Assembly (NCBI GenBank): GCA_964630975.1
Contig: CAZVVY010000004.1
Coordinates: 37,912 to 101,911 of the forward strand
Direction: 5' to 3'
DNA: 64,000 nucleotides
Origin: Candidatus Micrarchaeota archaeon
GTDB lineage: Archaea > Micrarchaeota > Micrarchaeia > Norongarragalinales > Norongarragalinaceae
The notes under the pieces are model-generated. The model did no database searches. It saw only the letters and a program-made list of their open reading frames with translations, and had not been told where the DNA came from. Both the position numbers and the translations under genes were made by a program. This document shows positions 38,799 to 47,942 of the stretch, one piece after another (the stretch's first letter is position 1; every line of letters begins with the position of its first letter).

Positions 38799-39318
38799 CG
38801 TTGTCCGCCTCGTAAGTGGGCGCGCACTCCGACTCTCCAACCACTAAAACGGTGAGTCCCGCGGATTTCACGCGCCTCGAAAAACGGTGGAATTCCCGGC
38901 GGGCTTCGCCCCCGCACAACGGCGTGAACGAATCGACCACCAAGCGCCTTGCGTTGAACGCGGTGCACTCCCTTATTATTGCTCCCGCGGCTTCCTCGTG
39001 CGGCTTCAAACCCTTTCCGTCAGGGTAGGTCCCGGCCCGAGCGGCGGAACAATCAAAGAATAACAGCTTGCCTTTTTTTTCGAGGGGCGCCGGGTTCAAG
39101 CCCATTGACGCGGCGGCTTCCCTCAACTCGGGAGCCGACTCGTTGAAGCCCGCGAAAACCGTTTTTTCCCCGTGGAACGCGCCCTCGAAAGCGAATTGGG
39201 TGGCGAAAACCGTTTTTCCGGTTCCGGTGCCGCCGAACAACAAAGTAACGCTTTTTTCCGCAAGGCCGCCGCCGATTAATTCGTCGAGGCCGAGTACGCC
39301 GGTTGGAACGCGCTTCAT
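38662..39318 (-). CDS. KaiC/RadA-like RecA-superfamily ATPase (single domain)
   Basis: 218 aa. VPTGVLGLDELIGGGLAEKSVTLLFGGTGTGKTVFATQF (Walker A), RLVVDSF (Walker B). Confidence 0.8.
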   Translation of the reverse strand: MKRVPTGVLGLDELIGGGLAEKSVTLLFGGTGTGKTVFATQFAFEGAFHGEKTVFAGFNESAPELREAAASMGLNPAPLEKKGKLLFFDCSAARAGTYPDGKGLKPHEEAAGAIIRECTAFNARRLVVDSFTPLCGGEARREFHRFSRRVKSAGLTVLVVGESECAPTYEADNVIFLGSEPTPYLRVLKARGSAHSTHKHRCRITSSGFSVQRADFDF

Positions 39319-39371
39319 AAAACGAATTCGCTTGGAGAAGTTTTATATGCTTGCCTGCTTTCTCTTGAACC

Positions 39372-41417
39372 GTGACAATCCTGGTCGTTTGTGAAAAGCC
39401 GAGTGTTGCCGCGAAAACCGCGGCCGCAATATCGAAACAAACCGGTAAGAAGTCCAATGCGGCGGGCCGCCAGGTCAAACACTTTGAAGTCGGCGAATAC
39501 TTGGTCGCCCCCGCGGTCGGCCACTTGTACGGTTTGAAGCAAACGAAGAAGGGTTCGGGTTACCCTGTTTACGACATCGAGTGGGTTCCTTCCTACGAAG
39601 TCAACGATTCCTCGGCGTTCACCAAGAAATATTTGAAGCAACTCGAAAAACTCGCGAAAAAATCGGACTCCGTCGTAATCGCCTGCGACTACGACGTGGA
39701 AGGCTCGCTCATCGGCTGGAACATAGCGCGCTTCCTCGCCCCGAAAAAGCCCGTGAAGCGAATGAAGTTTTCCCTGTTGACCCCCTCCGAACTCGGCAAG
39801 GCCTTCCAAGAAAAAGGGGAAATGGATTTGAACAACGCACTGGCCGGCGAAGCGCGCCACCGCCTGGACTGGCTTTACGGCATCAACTTGTCGCGCGCGC
39901 TGATGGGAGCGGTTCGCGCGGCGGGCGCGTTCAAGGTGATGAGTGTCGGCCGCGTTCAAGGCCCGGCGCTCAGCATTCTAGCCAAGAGAGAGGAATCCGT
40001 TCGCGCGTTCAAGCCCGACCCGTTCTGGCAACTCTTTGCCCGGGACGGAGAAACCGAGTTCTCCCACGAAAAAGATAAATTCTTTTCGCAAAAAGAGGCG
40101 GACCAAGCACTTGAAAACAGTTCTTCAAAAGGAGTTGTAGCCCAAGTAAAGCGGCGTAAGGCAAGGCAAACGCCGCCGTACCCCTACGACTTGACCACGC
40201 TTCAAACAGACGCCCACCGCTGTTTCGGGTTTTCACCGGCGCGCACCCTGAAACTCGCCCAAAACCTTTACGAAGCCGCCCTAATATCTTACCCCCGAAC
40301 TTCTTCCCAAAAACTACCCGAAAAGTTGGGGCTCAAAAGCGTTTTGGAGAAGCTCGCCAAGAACCCCGCGTATTCCGTGCTCGCAGAAAAAATAATCGGG
40401 GCAGGAAAATTCAAGCCCGCCCAAGGAAAAAAAGAAGACCCCGCGCATCCCGCGATTTTCCCGACGGGTGAAAAGCCGTCCAAGCCCGGGGCGCCCCAGG
40501 CAAAACTCTACGATTTAATCGTGAAGCGCTTTTTGGCGTGCTTCGCCGAACCGCTCGTAAAGGAATCGCTTTCGGTTACGCTGCGCCTCGGCGAAGAAAA
40601 TTATTGCGCCAAGGGTTCGACGGTGCTCGAACAAGGGTGGCTCGAGTTCTTCGGCAAGTACGCGTCCATAAAAGAAAACTTTTTACCGGATTACCGCGAA
40701 GGCGAAGAAGTGAGCGTGAAGGGGCCCGAAAAAGTCGAGAAGGAAACCAAGCCGCCCAAGCGCTTTACTTCGGCGTCCATAGTGCGAGAACTCGAGAAGG
40801 AGGGTTTGGGGACCAAGGCGACTCGAAGCCAGGTCGTGGAAACCTTGTTCAACCGCGGCTACTTGGAAGGCAAGAAAAACATTCAGGTAACCGAACTAGG
40901 GTTAAGCGTTTACCGCACCCTCGACGAGTATTGCGACGAGATTACCAGCGTTAAGCTGACCAAGGAAATAGAAGACGAAGTCCGGCGCATTCAAGACGGG
41001 AGTGCCGACCCCGAAAAAGTGGTGGGTCGCGGCAAAACGGATTTGGACGGCATACTCAAGAAGTTCAAGGAACACGAAGGCAAGGTAGGCAAAAAATTGT
41101 TGTCGGCCTTGAGGGAAACGCGACGAGAACAAAGCCGCCTCGGGCCCTGCAAGTGCGGTGGCGAACTAGTGTTGCGCAAGTCGCGCTTCGGCTTGTTCGT
41201 GGGCTGCAACAAGTACCCCGAATGCAAGCAAACTTATCCCCTGCCCAAAAACGCCTTGATAAAGCCGGAAGGACGGGTCTGCGAAAAGTGCGGCACTCCC
41301 GTTGTCCGCGTCATCCGAAAAGGCAAGAGGCCGTTCACGATGTGCGTAGACCCGAATTGCCCCACGAAAGCGAATTGGGGAAAGAAAAAAGAACGCCCGA
41401 AAACAAATAATACGTAA
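39372..41417 (+). CDS. topA: Type IA DNA topoisomerase (archaeal TopA/Topo III-like) with C-terminal zinc ribbons
   Basis: 681 aa. TOPRIM VVCEKPS and ACDYDVEG, catalytic Tyr region ALISYPRTSSQKLP. C-terminal CKCGG...CNKYPEC and CEKCG...C motifs. Confidence 0.92.
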   Translation: MTILVVCEKPSVAAKTAAAISKQTGKKSNAAGRQVKHFEVGEYLVAPAVGHLYGLKQTKKGSGYPVYDIEWVPSYEVNDSSAFTKKYLKQLEKLAKKSDSVVIACDYDVEGSLIGWNIARFLAPKKPVKRMKFSLLTPSELGKAFQEKGEMDLNNALAGEARHRLDWLYGINLSRALMGAVRAAGAFKVMSVGRVQGPALSILAKREESVRAFKPDPFWQLFARDGETEFSHEKDKFFSQKEADQALENSSSKGVVAQVKRRKARQTPPYPYDLTTLQTDAHRCFGFSPARTLKLAQNLYEAALISYPRTSSQKLPEKLGLKSVLEKLAKNPAYSVLAEKIIGAGKFKPAQGKKEDPAHPAIFPTGEKPSKPGAPQAKLYDLIVKRFLACFAEPLVKESLSVTLRLGEENYCAKGSTVLEQGWLEFFGKYASIKENFLPDYREGEEVSVKGPEKVEKETKPPKRFTSASIVRELEKEGLGTKATRSQVVETLFNRGYLEGKKNIQVTELGLSVYRTLDEYCDEITSVKLTKEIEDEVRRIQDGSADPEKVVGRGKTDLDGILKKFKEHEGKVGKKLLSALRETRREQSRLGPCKCGGELVLRKSRFGLFVGCNKYPECKQTYPLPKNALIKPEGRVCEKCGTPVVRVIRKGKRPFTMCVDPNCPTKANWGKKKERPKTNNT

Positions 41418-42136
41418 TGGGCTTATTGATTGACCCCCGAAAAACGGCGCTGCAAAACGCGGCCGGCTACTACGAAAAAGCCAAGAAATTCGCCAAGAAA
41501 GCGGAGGGCGCCAGGAAATCCCTCGGAAAAAAAACCGCCAAAAAAACGCCGAAAAAGAAAAAGGCAAGGGAAAAAAGCAAGTGGTTCCACGAATTCCATT
41601 GGTTTACTTCCACCAACGGATTCTTGTGCGTAGCCGGCAAGAACGCCAAGCAAAACGAGTTCCTCGTCGCAAAACACCTGGACTCCGCCGACCTGTTTTT
41701 TCACGCGGACGTCAACGGCGCGCCCGCCACCATCCTGAAAAAAGGGTCGGGTGCCGAAGAACAAGACTTGTTGGAGGCCGCGCAATGGGCGTGCGCGTAC
41801 AGCCGGGCGTGGAAAGGCGGTTCCCTGGTTGCGGACGCTTACGCAGTTGAAAAAAAGCAGGTCAGCAAGTATTCTCACGGCGAATTCGTTGGCAAAGGAG
41901 CCTTCATGATTTACGGTGAAAGAAAGTGGTTCCGCAACCTGCCCATCCGCATAAAACTGTTGAAGGAGGAGAATCGAGTGCGTGCGGTGCCTGCCGCCCA
42001 CCCCGGCAACGGACGCGAACTACAGCCGGGACCGCTTTCAAAGCACGAAGCCGCCGCAAAAATCCACGAGGAATGGGAAGGCGTATCCCTCTCCTCGATT
42101 GAAAGCGTTTTGCCGGGAAATGCACAACTGGTTTAA
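41417..42136 (+). CDS. NFACT-R (DUF814) domain protein; C-terminal half of a split Rqc2/NEMF homologue
   Basis: 239 aa. Coiled-coil helix NAAGYYEKAKKFAKKAEGARK, K-rich linker, then WFHEFHWFTSTNGFLCVAGKNAKQNEFLV...ADLFFHADVNGAPATILK...AAQWACAYSRAW (NFACT-R core). The ATG overlaps the topA TAA (TAATG). Confidence 0.8.
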   Translation: MGLLIDPRKTALQNAAGYYEKAKKFAKKAEGARKSLGKKTAKKTPKKKKAREKSKWFHEFHWFTSTNGFLCVAGKNAKQNEFLVAKHLDSADLFFHADVNGAPATILKKGSGAEEQDLLEAAQWACAYSRAWKGGSLVADAYAVEKKQVSKYSHGEFVGKGAFMIYGERKWFRNLPIRIKLLKEENRVRAVPAAHPGNGRELQPGPLSKHEAAAKIHEEWEGVSLSSIESVLPGNAQLV

Positions 42137-42185
42137 CTTTAATTAATGTTGAACGAGACAATTATGGTGTTGGAGGGACTTTTTT

Positions 42186-44306
42186 ATGGCTAAGGAACTG
42201 ACTTTGAAGGCAGCCGAGGCAATGCAAAGCGATTACGGCAAGCGCATCGTCAGGCTCGACTCCAATGCGCGCTCGCTGTTAGGCGTTTCAACGGGCGACA
42301 TAGTCGAGATAACCGGCAAGAAGCCGGCGGCGGCAATAGTGTTGCCCGCCCACCCGCAGGACGAAGGACTCAACATAGCGCGAATCGACGGCGTTTTGAG
42401 GCAGAACACCGGTGTTGGCTTGGGCGACCGCATCGCCATCAAGAAAGCGAAGATTCGCCGCGCCAAAAAAGTGGTTTTGGCGCCCAACCAGCCGTCGCGT
42501 TACGCTCCCGGCTTCCCCGAATACGTGAAGAAGACGCTTATCGGAAAGCCATTGAACAAGGCGGACTTCCTTCGAGTCAACGTCTTCGGCACTTCCTTCC
42601 CGTTCGCGGTAGCACAAACCGTTCCCCAAGGCCTCGTAGTAGTAACCCCGGAAACCGAGCTCGTCTTGAAGGAAGAGCCGATGAAGGAGTTAGGCAAGAT
42701 TGCAACGCTTTCCTACGAAGACATCGGCGGGTTAAAGGAAGAAGTGCAAAAAGTGCGCGAAATGGTGGAGTTGCCGATGCGCCACCCCGAACTTTTCGAG
42801 CGCCTCGGAATAGAGCCGCCCAAAGGAGTCCTAATTTACGGGCCGCCCGGCACGGGCAAGACCTTGCTGGCGCGCGCGGTTGCAAACGAGAGCGACGCCC
42901 ACTTCATCACGCTGTCGGGCCCCGAAATAGTTTCCAAATACGTGGGCGAAGCCGAAGAAAAACTGCGCAACATCTTCAAGGAGGCGGAAGAAAACTCGCC
43001 GACCATAATATTCATCGACGAATTGGATGCAATCGCGCCCAAGCGCGAGGAAGTAGTCGGGGAAGTTGAGAAGCGCATCGTCTCCCAACTCCTCGTGTTA
43101 ATGGATGGCTTGAAGAGTCGCGGTCAAGTAGTAGTCATCGCGGCCACCAACCGCCCCAACGCAATAGACCCCGCGCTCCGCAGGCCCGGCAGGTTCGACC
43201 GAGAAATAGAAATCGGCGTGCCCGACAAGACGGGCCGAAAGGAAATACTCGAGATTCACACGCGCGGAATGCCGATGGATAACGTAAGCGTTGACTCGCT
43301 TGCCGCGCGCACTCACGGCTTCGTGGGCGCCGACCTCCAATCGCTTTCCAAGGAAGCGGCAATGCGCGCTTTGCGCAGGTTACTGCCAAAAATCAATTTG
43401 GAGGACGACGAAATCCCGAAGCACATATTGGAAGACCTCAAAGTGCGCAAAGAGGATTTCGAAGAGGCGCTGAAGGGAATCCAGCCGTCGGCCCTCCGTG
43501 AAGTGTTCGTGGAAGTGCCCAACGTGAAGTGGAGCGAGGTCGGCGGGCTTGAAGATGCCAAGCGCGAGATAACCGAGGCCGTGGAATTACCCCTCAAAAA
43601 CCCGGAGTCCTTTTCGCGGCTCGGCATCAGGCCCGTGCGCGGCATTTTGTTGTACGGCCCGCCCGGCACGGGTAAAACGTTGCTCGCAAAGGCGGCGGCA
43701 ACAGAAAGCGAAGCCAACTTCATCGCGGTGCGCGGCCCCGAACTGTTAAACAAGTGGGTTGGCGAAAGCGAGAAGAGCGTGCGCGAAGTTTTCCGCAAGG
43801 CGCGAATGGCTTCGCCCAGCATAATTTTCTTCGACGAAATAGATGCGCTCGCGCCGGCGCGCGGAGCGAATGCGTCAAGCCACGTGACCGAGCGCGTAGT
43901 CAACGCGTTGCTTGCAGAAATGGATGGACTCAGCAACTTGAAGGACGTAGTCGTAATCGCGGCCACGAATCGCGTGGACATACTCGACCCCGCGCTGTTG
44001 AGGCCCGGCCGATTCGACAAACTCGTCGAAATACCGGTGCCCGACGAAAAAGCGCGCCTCGAAATATTGAAGGTGCACACCGGCAAGATGCCTTTGGGTA
44101 AGGGAGTCGACTTGAAGGAGTTGGTGAAGAAGACGGAGGGTTACAGCGGCGCCGACGTTTCCGCGTTGTGCCGTGAGGCGGGGCTCAACGCTTTGCGTGA
44201 AAGCGCGTCCGCAAAAACGGTTTCTGCCAAGCACTTCAAGGAAGCGTTCGACTCCATTAAGCTCCTCATCAAGCAGCAAAAGAAAGTGGAGAGGGGATAC
44301 GGTTGA
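42186..44306 (+). CDS. cdc48: CDC48/VCP/p97 AAA+ ATPase (double-psi barrel N-domain plus D1 and D2)
   Basis: 706 aa. N-domain [21 protein letters not shown]. Two Walker A ([11 protein letters not shown] twice), two Walker B ([16 protein letters not shown]), two SRH regions. Confidence 0.95.
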   Translation: MAKELTLKAAEAMQSDYGKRIVRLDSNARSLLGVSTGDIVEITGKKPAAAIVLPAHPQDEGLNIARIDGVLRQNTGVGLGDRIAIKKAKIRRAKKVVLAPNQPSRYAPGFPEYVKKTLIGKPLNKADFLRVNVFGTSFPFAVAQTVPQGLVVVTPETELVLKEEPMKELGKIATLSYEDIGGLKEEVQKVREMVELPMRHPELFERLGIEPPKGVLIYGPPGTGKTLLARAVANESDAHFITLSGPEIVSKYVGEAEEKLRNIFKEAEENSPTIIFIDELDAIAPKREEVVGEVEKRIVSQLLVLMDGLKSRGQVVVIAATNRPNAIDPALRRPGRFDREIEIGVPDKTGRKEILEIHTRGMPMDNVSVDSLAARTHGFVGADLQSLSKEAAMRALRRLLPKINLEDDEIPKHILEDLKVRKEDFEEALKGIQPSALREVFVEVPNVKWSEVGGLEDAKREITEAVELPLKNPESFSRLGIRPVRGILLYGPPGTGKTLLAKAAATESEANFIAVRGPELLNKWVGESEKSVREVFRKARMASPSIIFFDEIDALAPARGANASSHVTERVVNALLAEMDGLSNLKDVVVIAATNRVDILDPALLRPGRFDKLVEIPVPDEKARLEILKVHTGKMPLGKGVDLKELVKKTEGYSGADVSALCREAGLNALRESASAKTVSAKHFKEAFDSIKLLIKQQKKVERGYG

Positions 44307-44746
44307 ACTTAAAGCTTACCGCGAAACTGTTGATGGCTTCGGTTACGCTGGCACTCCTGCTTTACGGCTTGTCTTCCGCGATAAACCCGTTGTTGGGGGT
44401 GGAGCAATCCATACTAAACGAGGCGTGGCAGTTGGTGGCGCTCGCAATAGCGTTTTCGCTTGTCGCGGGGTATGCCTACCCCAAACTTCGAGGCATTCGG
44501 AAAGGGGATTCGCTGGTGGCTTTCACCAGGCGCGCCAGGCAGGTCGGTGCCCGCAAAATCGTTACCAACGGCGTGACTTTCGTGCGCGCCCAGCAAGACG
44601 GCAAGCAAGGCGAAAAAATCAACGTGAAGTTCGCGAACGGGTTGAGCGGCGAAGGGGTAATAGAATCCTACGGGGGATTCCTTATCCCTGCGCGAATACG
44701 CATAACGCACGCGGAAAAGCCGGAGGGGGACGTTCGCTTTGACTAA
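44303..44746 (+). CDS. Hypothetical membrane protein (2 N-terminal TM helices plus soluble beta-rich domain)
   Basis: 147 aa. Its TTG start overlaps the cdc48 TGA (TTGA). Confidence 0.55.
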   Translation: MNLKLTAKLLMASVTLALLLYGLSSAINPLLGVEQSILNEAWQLVALAIAFSLVAGYAYPKLRGIRKGDSLVAFTRRARQVGARKIVTNGVTFVRAQQDGKQGEKINVKFANGLSGEGVIESYGGFLIPARIRITHAEKPEGDVRFD

Positions 44747-45314
44747 CTGGTTTCGCATCAGCGGCAACGAGGCAATGCATATTCTGGTGTCGGTTGCAAC
44801 CATCTCACTCGCTTTTTCGCTCTTCAAGTCCAACAACGTTTTCAACCCCTCTTACTTCGTAATAATATTGTTGAGCGTGGGAAGCGCGTTCATACTGCAC
44901 GAGCTCGGCCACAAATACGCCGCCTTACATTTCGGGGTACACGCCGAATACCGTGCCTGGACCACCGGCCTCTTCCTCGCCGTGTTAATGGCGTTCCTCA
45001 CCCGCGGCGCCTTCGTTTTCGCGGCGCCCGGAGCGGTCTACATATTCGGCCGCGTCACCAACGAACAAAACGGCAAGATTGCCTTGGCCGGCCCGATGAT
45101 GAACTTCCTTCTCGCATTGTTCTTCCTCGCCCTCTACTTTTCGGGGGGAGCCCTCGAATTCGCTGCCACCGGTGCTTACGTCAACCTATTGCTCGGAGGA
45201 TTCAACATGATTCCAATGCACCCGTTCGACGGAGCAAAAATAGCGGCGTGGAACCAAACCGTTTGGCTCGGTCTCTTCGGCGCGTTCTTTCTCGGCTTCC
45301 TCCTCCTATTTTAA
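44739..45314 (+). CDS. Site-2-protease-family (M50) membrane metalloprotease
   Basis: 191 aa, polytopic. HExxH as ILHELGHKYAA. Second motif region NLLLGGFNMIPMHPFDG (NxxPxxxxDG). Confidence 0.85.
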   Translation: MTNWFRISGNEAMHILVSVATISLAFSLFKSNNVFNPSYFVIILLSVGSAFILHELGHKYAALHFGVHAEYRAWTTGLFLAVLMAFLTRGAFVFAAPGAVYIFGRVTNEQNGKIALAGPMMNFLLALFFLALYFSGGALEFAATGAYVNLLLGGFNMIPMHPFDGAKIAAWNQTVWLGLFGAFFLGFLLLF

Positions 45315-45351
45315 TGGCTTTTGAGTATTCTTTTTCGGGGGTAATCATCCG

Positions 45352-45531
45352 ATGGGTTTTTGGTCCGACGAAAAAGCACAGGTAAGCATTGAAATGATTA
45401 TAGTTGCCGCGGCCCTCATCGCCGTAGCCGTCGTATTCATCAGCCAACTCCAAAACACCGCATCCAAAGGCAAGAAAGCTCTCGACAAGTCAACGGACAA
45501 GGCGTTCGACGAAATAGCGGACATAAAATAA
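45352..45531 (+). CDS. Small archaeal type IV pilin-like protein (class III signal peptide)
   Basis: Below the track cutoff. Own translation: MGFWSDEKAQVSIEMIIVAAALIAVAVVFISQLQNTASKGKKALDKSTDKAFDEIADIK. It has the KA|QxSxE processing motif plus a hydrophobic helix. Confidence 0.7.
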   Translation: MGFWSDEKAQVSIEMIIVAAALIAVAVVFISQLQNTASKGKKALDKSTDKAFDEIADIK

Positions 45532-45920
45532 TGTTTTCGCGCCGCAGCGCCCAAACAAGCATTGAAGCATTACTCGTAGCCGCCGCGCTCCTCGCTTTCT
45601 TCGCCGCCCTCGCCCCTTATTACTCCCGCTTGTCGGACGCATCACTCGAAGCATCCTCGGCGGTGCGCCAGCGCGCGTTCTGCGACTTGATTGCCTCGAA
45701 AGCCGCCGACGCCCGCCTGCTACCCGGCTCTTCCTTTTCATTCAACGCTTCCGCGCCCGAACCCGTTTTACTGTACTTCAACAACGGCCTGCAATGCAAT
45801 TTTTCCGGGGGAAAAAACTTTTCGCGGTCCGTCCAACAAAGCGTTGAGCCCGCCCGCGGAAAAACGTTTGTTGTATCCGTCAACGGAGAAAGAATTTCAT
45901 TCGTTCCAACAAGCGAATGA
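45531..45920 (+). CDS. Pilin-like protein with class III signal peptide
   Basis: MFSRRSAQTSIEALLVAAALLAFFAALAP... has the same QxSxE plus hydrophobic-helix pattern. TAATG junction with the previous gene. Confidence 0.7.
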   Translation: MFSRRSAQTSIEALLVAAALLAFFAALAPYYSRLSDASLEASSAVRQRAFCDLIASKAADARLLPGSSFSFNASAPEPVLLYFNNGLQCNFSGGKNFSRSVQQSVEPARGKTFVVSVNGERISFVPTSE

Positions 45921-46178
45921 ATCCTCGTCCCCGAACGACTCCCCGTCAAAAACGGTTTTCGAAGCCTTCACGCAGTTTTGCGCGCACGGCTCTCCCGCCA
46001 AACAATAACCGCCGATTTGAGCGGGCGCAAACCCCGAGTAAGCCGCGTCAACGGCCAGCGAAAACGCCGCGTTCTTGTAAAAAGGGTTTTCGGCTTGCGG
46101 CAGGATTATTCCCGCGCAACAAAGCAACACGCTTATTGCGAGCGCCGCCTCCAACCCCCACACTATTCCCTTCCGCAA
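45897..46178 (-). CDS. Pilin-like protein with class III signal peptide
   Basis: MRKGIVWGLEAALAISVLLCCAGIIL... (RKG|IVWxLE). Paralogue of the 46163..46432 gene. Confidence 0.65.
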   Translation of the reverse strand: MRKGIVWGLEAALAISVLLCCAGIILPQAENPFYKNAAFSLAVDAAYSGFAPAQIGGYCLAGEPCAQNCVKASKTVFDGESFGDEDSFACWNE

Positions 46179-46432
46179 AACGTTTCCTCCCCCCCGTTTT
46201 TCAACCGCGTAACGCAGTGCTCTCCGCCGCCGTCCACGCCGTTCTCCGAGTAAGCAATCGCTTCGGCGGCCCCGCCCGCCGCCTCCAACCCAAAATCAAT
46301 GGCTGCTTGTTGCGTTGCATTAAAAGAATGCGCGGAAAGCAACAAAAACAACAACAATACGGCCGCCATCGCCGCGTCCAACGAATAAACGATTCCCTTC
46401 TTAGCCACTTGAAACCACCAAACCGTCTTCAA
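46163..46432 (-). CDS. Pilin-like protein with class III signal peptide
   Basis: ...VAKKGIVYSLDAAMAAVLLLFLLL... (KKG|IVYSLD). The true start may lie downstream of the track ATG. Confidence 0.65.
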   Translation of the reverse strand: MKTVWWFQVAKKGIVYSLDAAMAAVLLLFLLLSAHSFNATQQAAIDFGLEAAGGAAEAIAYSENGVDGGGEHCVTRLKNGGEETFCGRE

Positions 46433-46682
46433 CTGCTACGGGATGCAGGCATTCCCTGCTTTCGCTTCCAAGGTAGAGGCCGCCGTTACTCGCCGTAAAA
46501 TCGTTTTCCGGCAACTCGAATTCCACGTTGCCATTCATTGCCGCCGCGTAATCGAGGACGGCGCACGCTAACCCGAGTTCGGCTTGCGCGTTTCCCGCGG
46601 TTTCCAGCCCCGCTGCAAAAGCGACCGCTGCAACGAACGCGAGGTAGGCGCTAAAGGCAATCAAGGCTTCAACCGAATTCAT
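46401..46682 (-). CDS. Pilin-like protein (N-terminal hydrophobic helix, weak class III signal)
   Basis: MNSVEALIAFSAYLAFVAAVAFAAGL.... It overlaps both neighbours by 14-32 nt in an operon of pilin-like genes. Confidence 0.55.
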   Translation of the reverse strand: MNSVEALIAFSAYLAFVAAVAFAAGLETAGNAQAELGLACAVLDYAAAMNGNVEFELPENDFTASNGGLYLGSESRECLHPVAVEDGLVVSSG

Positions 46683-47196
46683 TCAAATCAAACCGGTATT
46701 CGGCGCTTCCCGCGCGCGCAAAACCCTTGAAGCAAGGCGAAGCAATCAAGGGCGCGCCCTTCACGAAAGATCGGCCCTTCGCCGACAAAAAACCGCTTTC
46801 ACCCGGGTAAAGCGCCGACGCCGAGAGCGGCACGGCTTCGCCTTCCCACGACTCTCCTTCAACCGAAAAGTCTTCGAAAGCGCGAGAGCCGCACTCCCCG
46901 AAGCCCAATTCCAACCCGTTCCCCGCATACTTTTCTTCCAGGTGTGCTTCCGCCAAAACCAGTTTTCGGGCTACGTCGAATGCCTTCTCCTTTGCGGTCT
47001 CCCCGTTCGCGCTTTGAATTACCTGCCGAAAAGTGTTTGAAACGTCTTTTTCAACGGACTTCAATTGTTGGAGGGAAGCCATAACCCGCGAGTATTCGCG
47101 CGTTTTTTCCCGGGTTTCCCTTGCCTTTGCGGTGCCGGCAACCAGGCCCGCCAACAGCAACGCGGCAATAGACAAGGCCGCGAAACCCTTCGCCAT
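46669..47196 (-). CDS. Pilin-like protein with class III signal peptide (largest of the set)
   Basis: MAKGFAALSIAALLLAGLVAGTA... (KG|F plus hydrophobic helix). 175 aa. First gene of the minus-strand pilin operon. Confidence 0.6.
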   Translation of the reverse strand: MAKGFAALSIAALLLAGLVAGTAKARETREKTREYSRVMASLQQLKSVEKDVSNTFRQVIQSANGETAKEKAFDVARKLVLAEAHLEEKYAGNGLELGFGECGSRAFEDFSVEGESWEGEAVPLSASALYPGESGFLSAKGRSFVKGAPLIASPCFKGFARAGSAEYRFDLNEFG

Positions 47197-47231
47197 AATA
47201 TGGTTATAAACCGCCTCAGAGTAATAAACGC

Positions 47232-47942
47232 ATGAGGACCTGGGTTTTCTTTTTGTTGGCCGCCTTGTTCGCTTCGGCGTACACGGACCAATCCTTTTCC
47301 GCGGTTGTCAGGGTTACCGCGGACGGCGACGCACACGTAACCGAGAAAAGCGTTTTTTACTTGGATTCGGAAGAAGAAAGCAAGGCTTTCAACTACTTGT
47401 TGTCCCAAGGAGAAACCACTCTTGCCGACTGGCAGAAATTCAGCGGTAACGTGCGCTACCACTTCCTAGGCCCATTGAACAACCTCAACATAATCGCGGC
47501 CCGCGAATACTCGGTGGGTTCCAACGCGGCATCAATTTCAATCGAATACGACGCCCAACAACTCTTCTTGTCCCGCCAACTCGGAGTCCGCACGACCCGC
47601 TACGAGCTCGACCGAAGCCGCCTCGACTTGGCGGCCGGAAAACCCGGGGAATTCTCGCTCGGCAACTCGATGCAACTCGAAATGATTATGCCTGACGACG
47701 CAATAAACGTGGAAGTCAACCCCGAACCGGGAGTCGTGCGCGAGGAATACAACCGGCTTTCCTGGTCCGGCCCCATAACCGGCAAGTGGGATGTTTCATT
47801 TGAGCGCGAAATTCCTTTGAGCCAGGAAGTAACCGAATTCTTTTCACGGCTCTACTCGGACTTGACCGAATCCTACGCCGCATGGCTGATACTCCTGTTC
47901 TTGGCGCTAGTGCTCTTCAAGCTAGCCAAACTCCGCGAGTAA
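47232..47942 (+). CDS. Secreted protein with signal peptide and C-terminal membrane anchor
   Basis: 236 aa. MRTWVFFLLAALFASAYT signal, C-terminal AAWLILLFLALVLFKLAKLRE anchor. Divergent from the pilin operon. Confidence 0.6.
   Translation: MRTWVFFLLAALFASAYTDQSFSAVVRVTADGDAHVTEKSVFYLDSEEESKAFNYLLSQGETTLADWQKFSGNVRYHFLGPLNNLNIIAAREYSVGSNAASISIEYDAQQLFLSRQLGVRTTRYELDRSRLDLAAGKPGEFSLGNSMQLEMIMPDDAINVEVNPEPGVVREEYNRLSWSGPITGKWDVSFEREIPLSQEVTEFFSRLYSDLTESYAAWLILLFLALVLFKLAKLRE

Noticed and set aside
43313-44086. 257-aa minus-strand ORF inside cdc48
   Set aside because: Antisense to the D2 AAA+ domain. The translation is S/R/A-rich and low-complexity.
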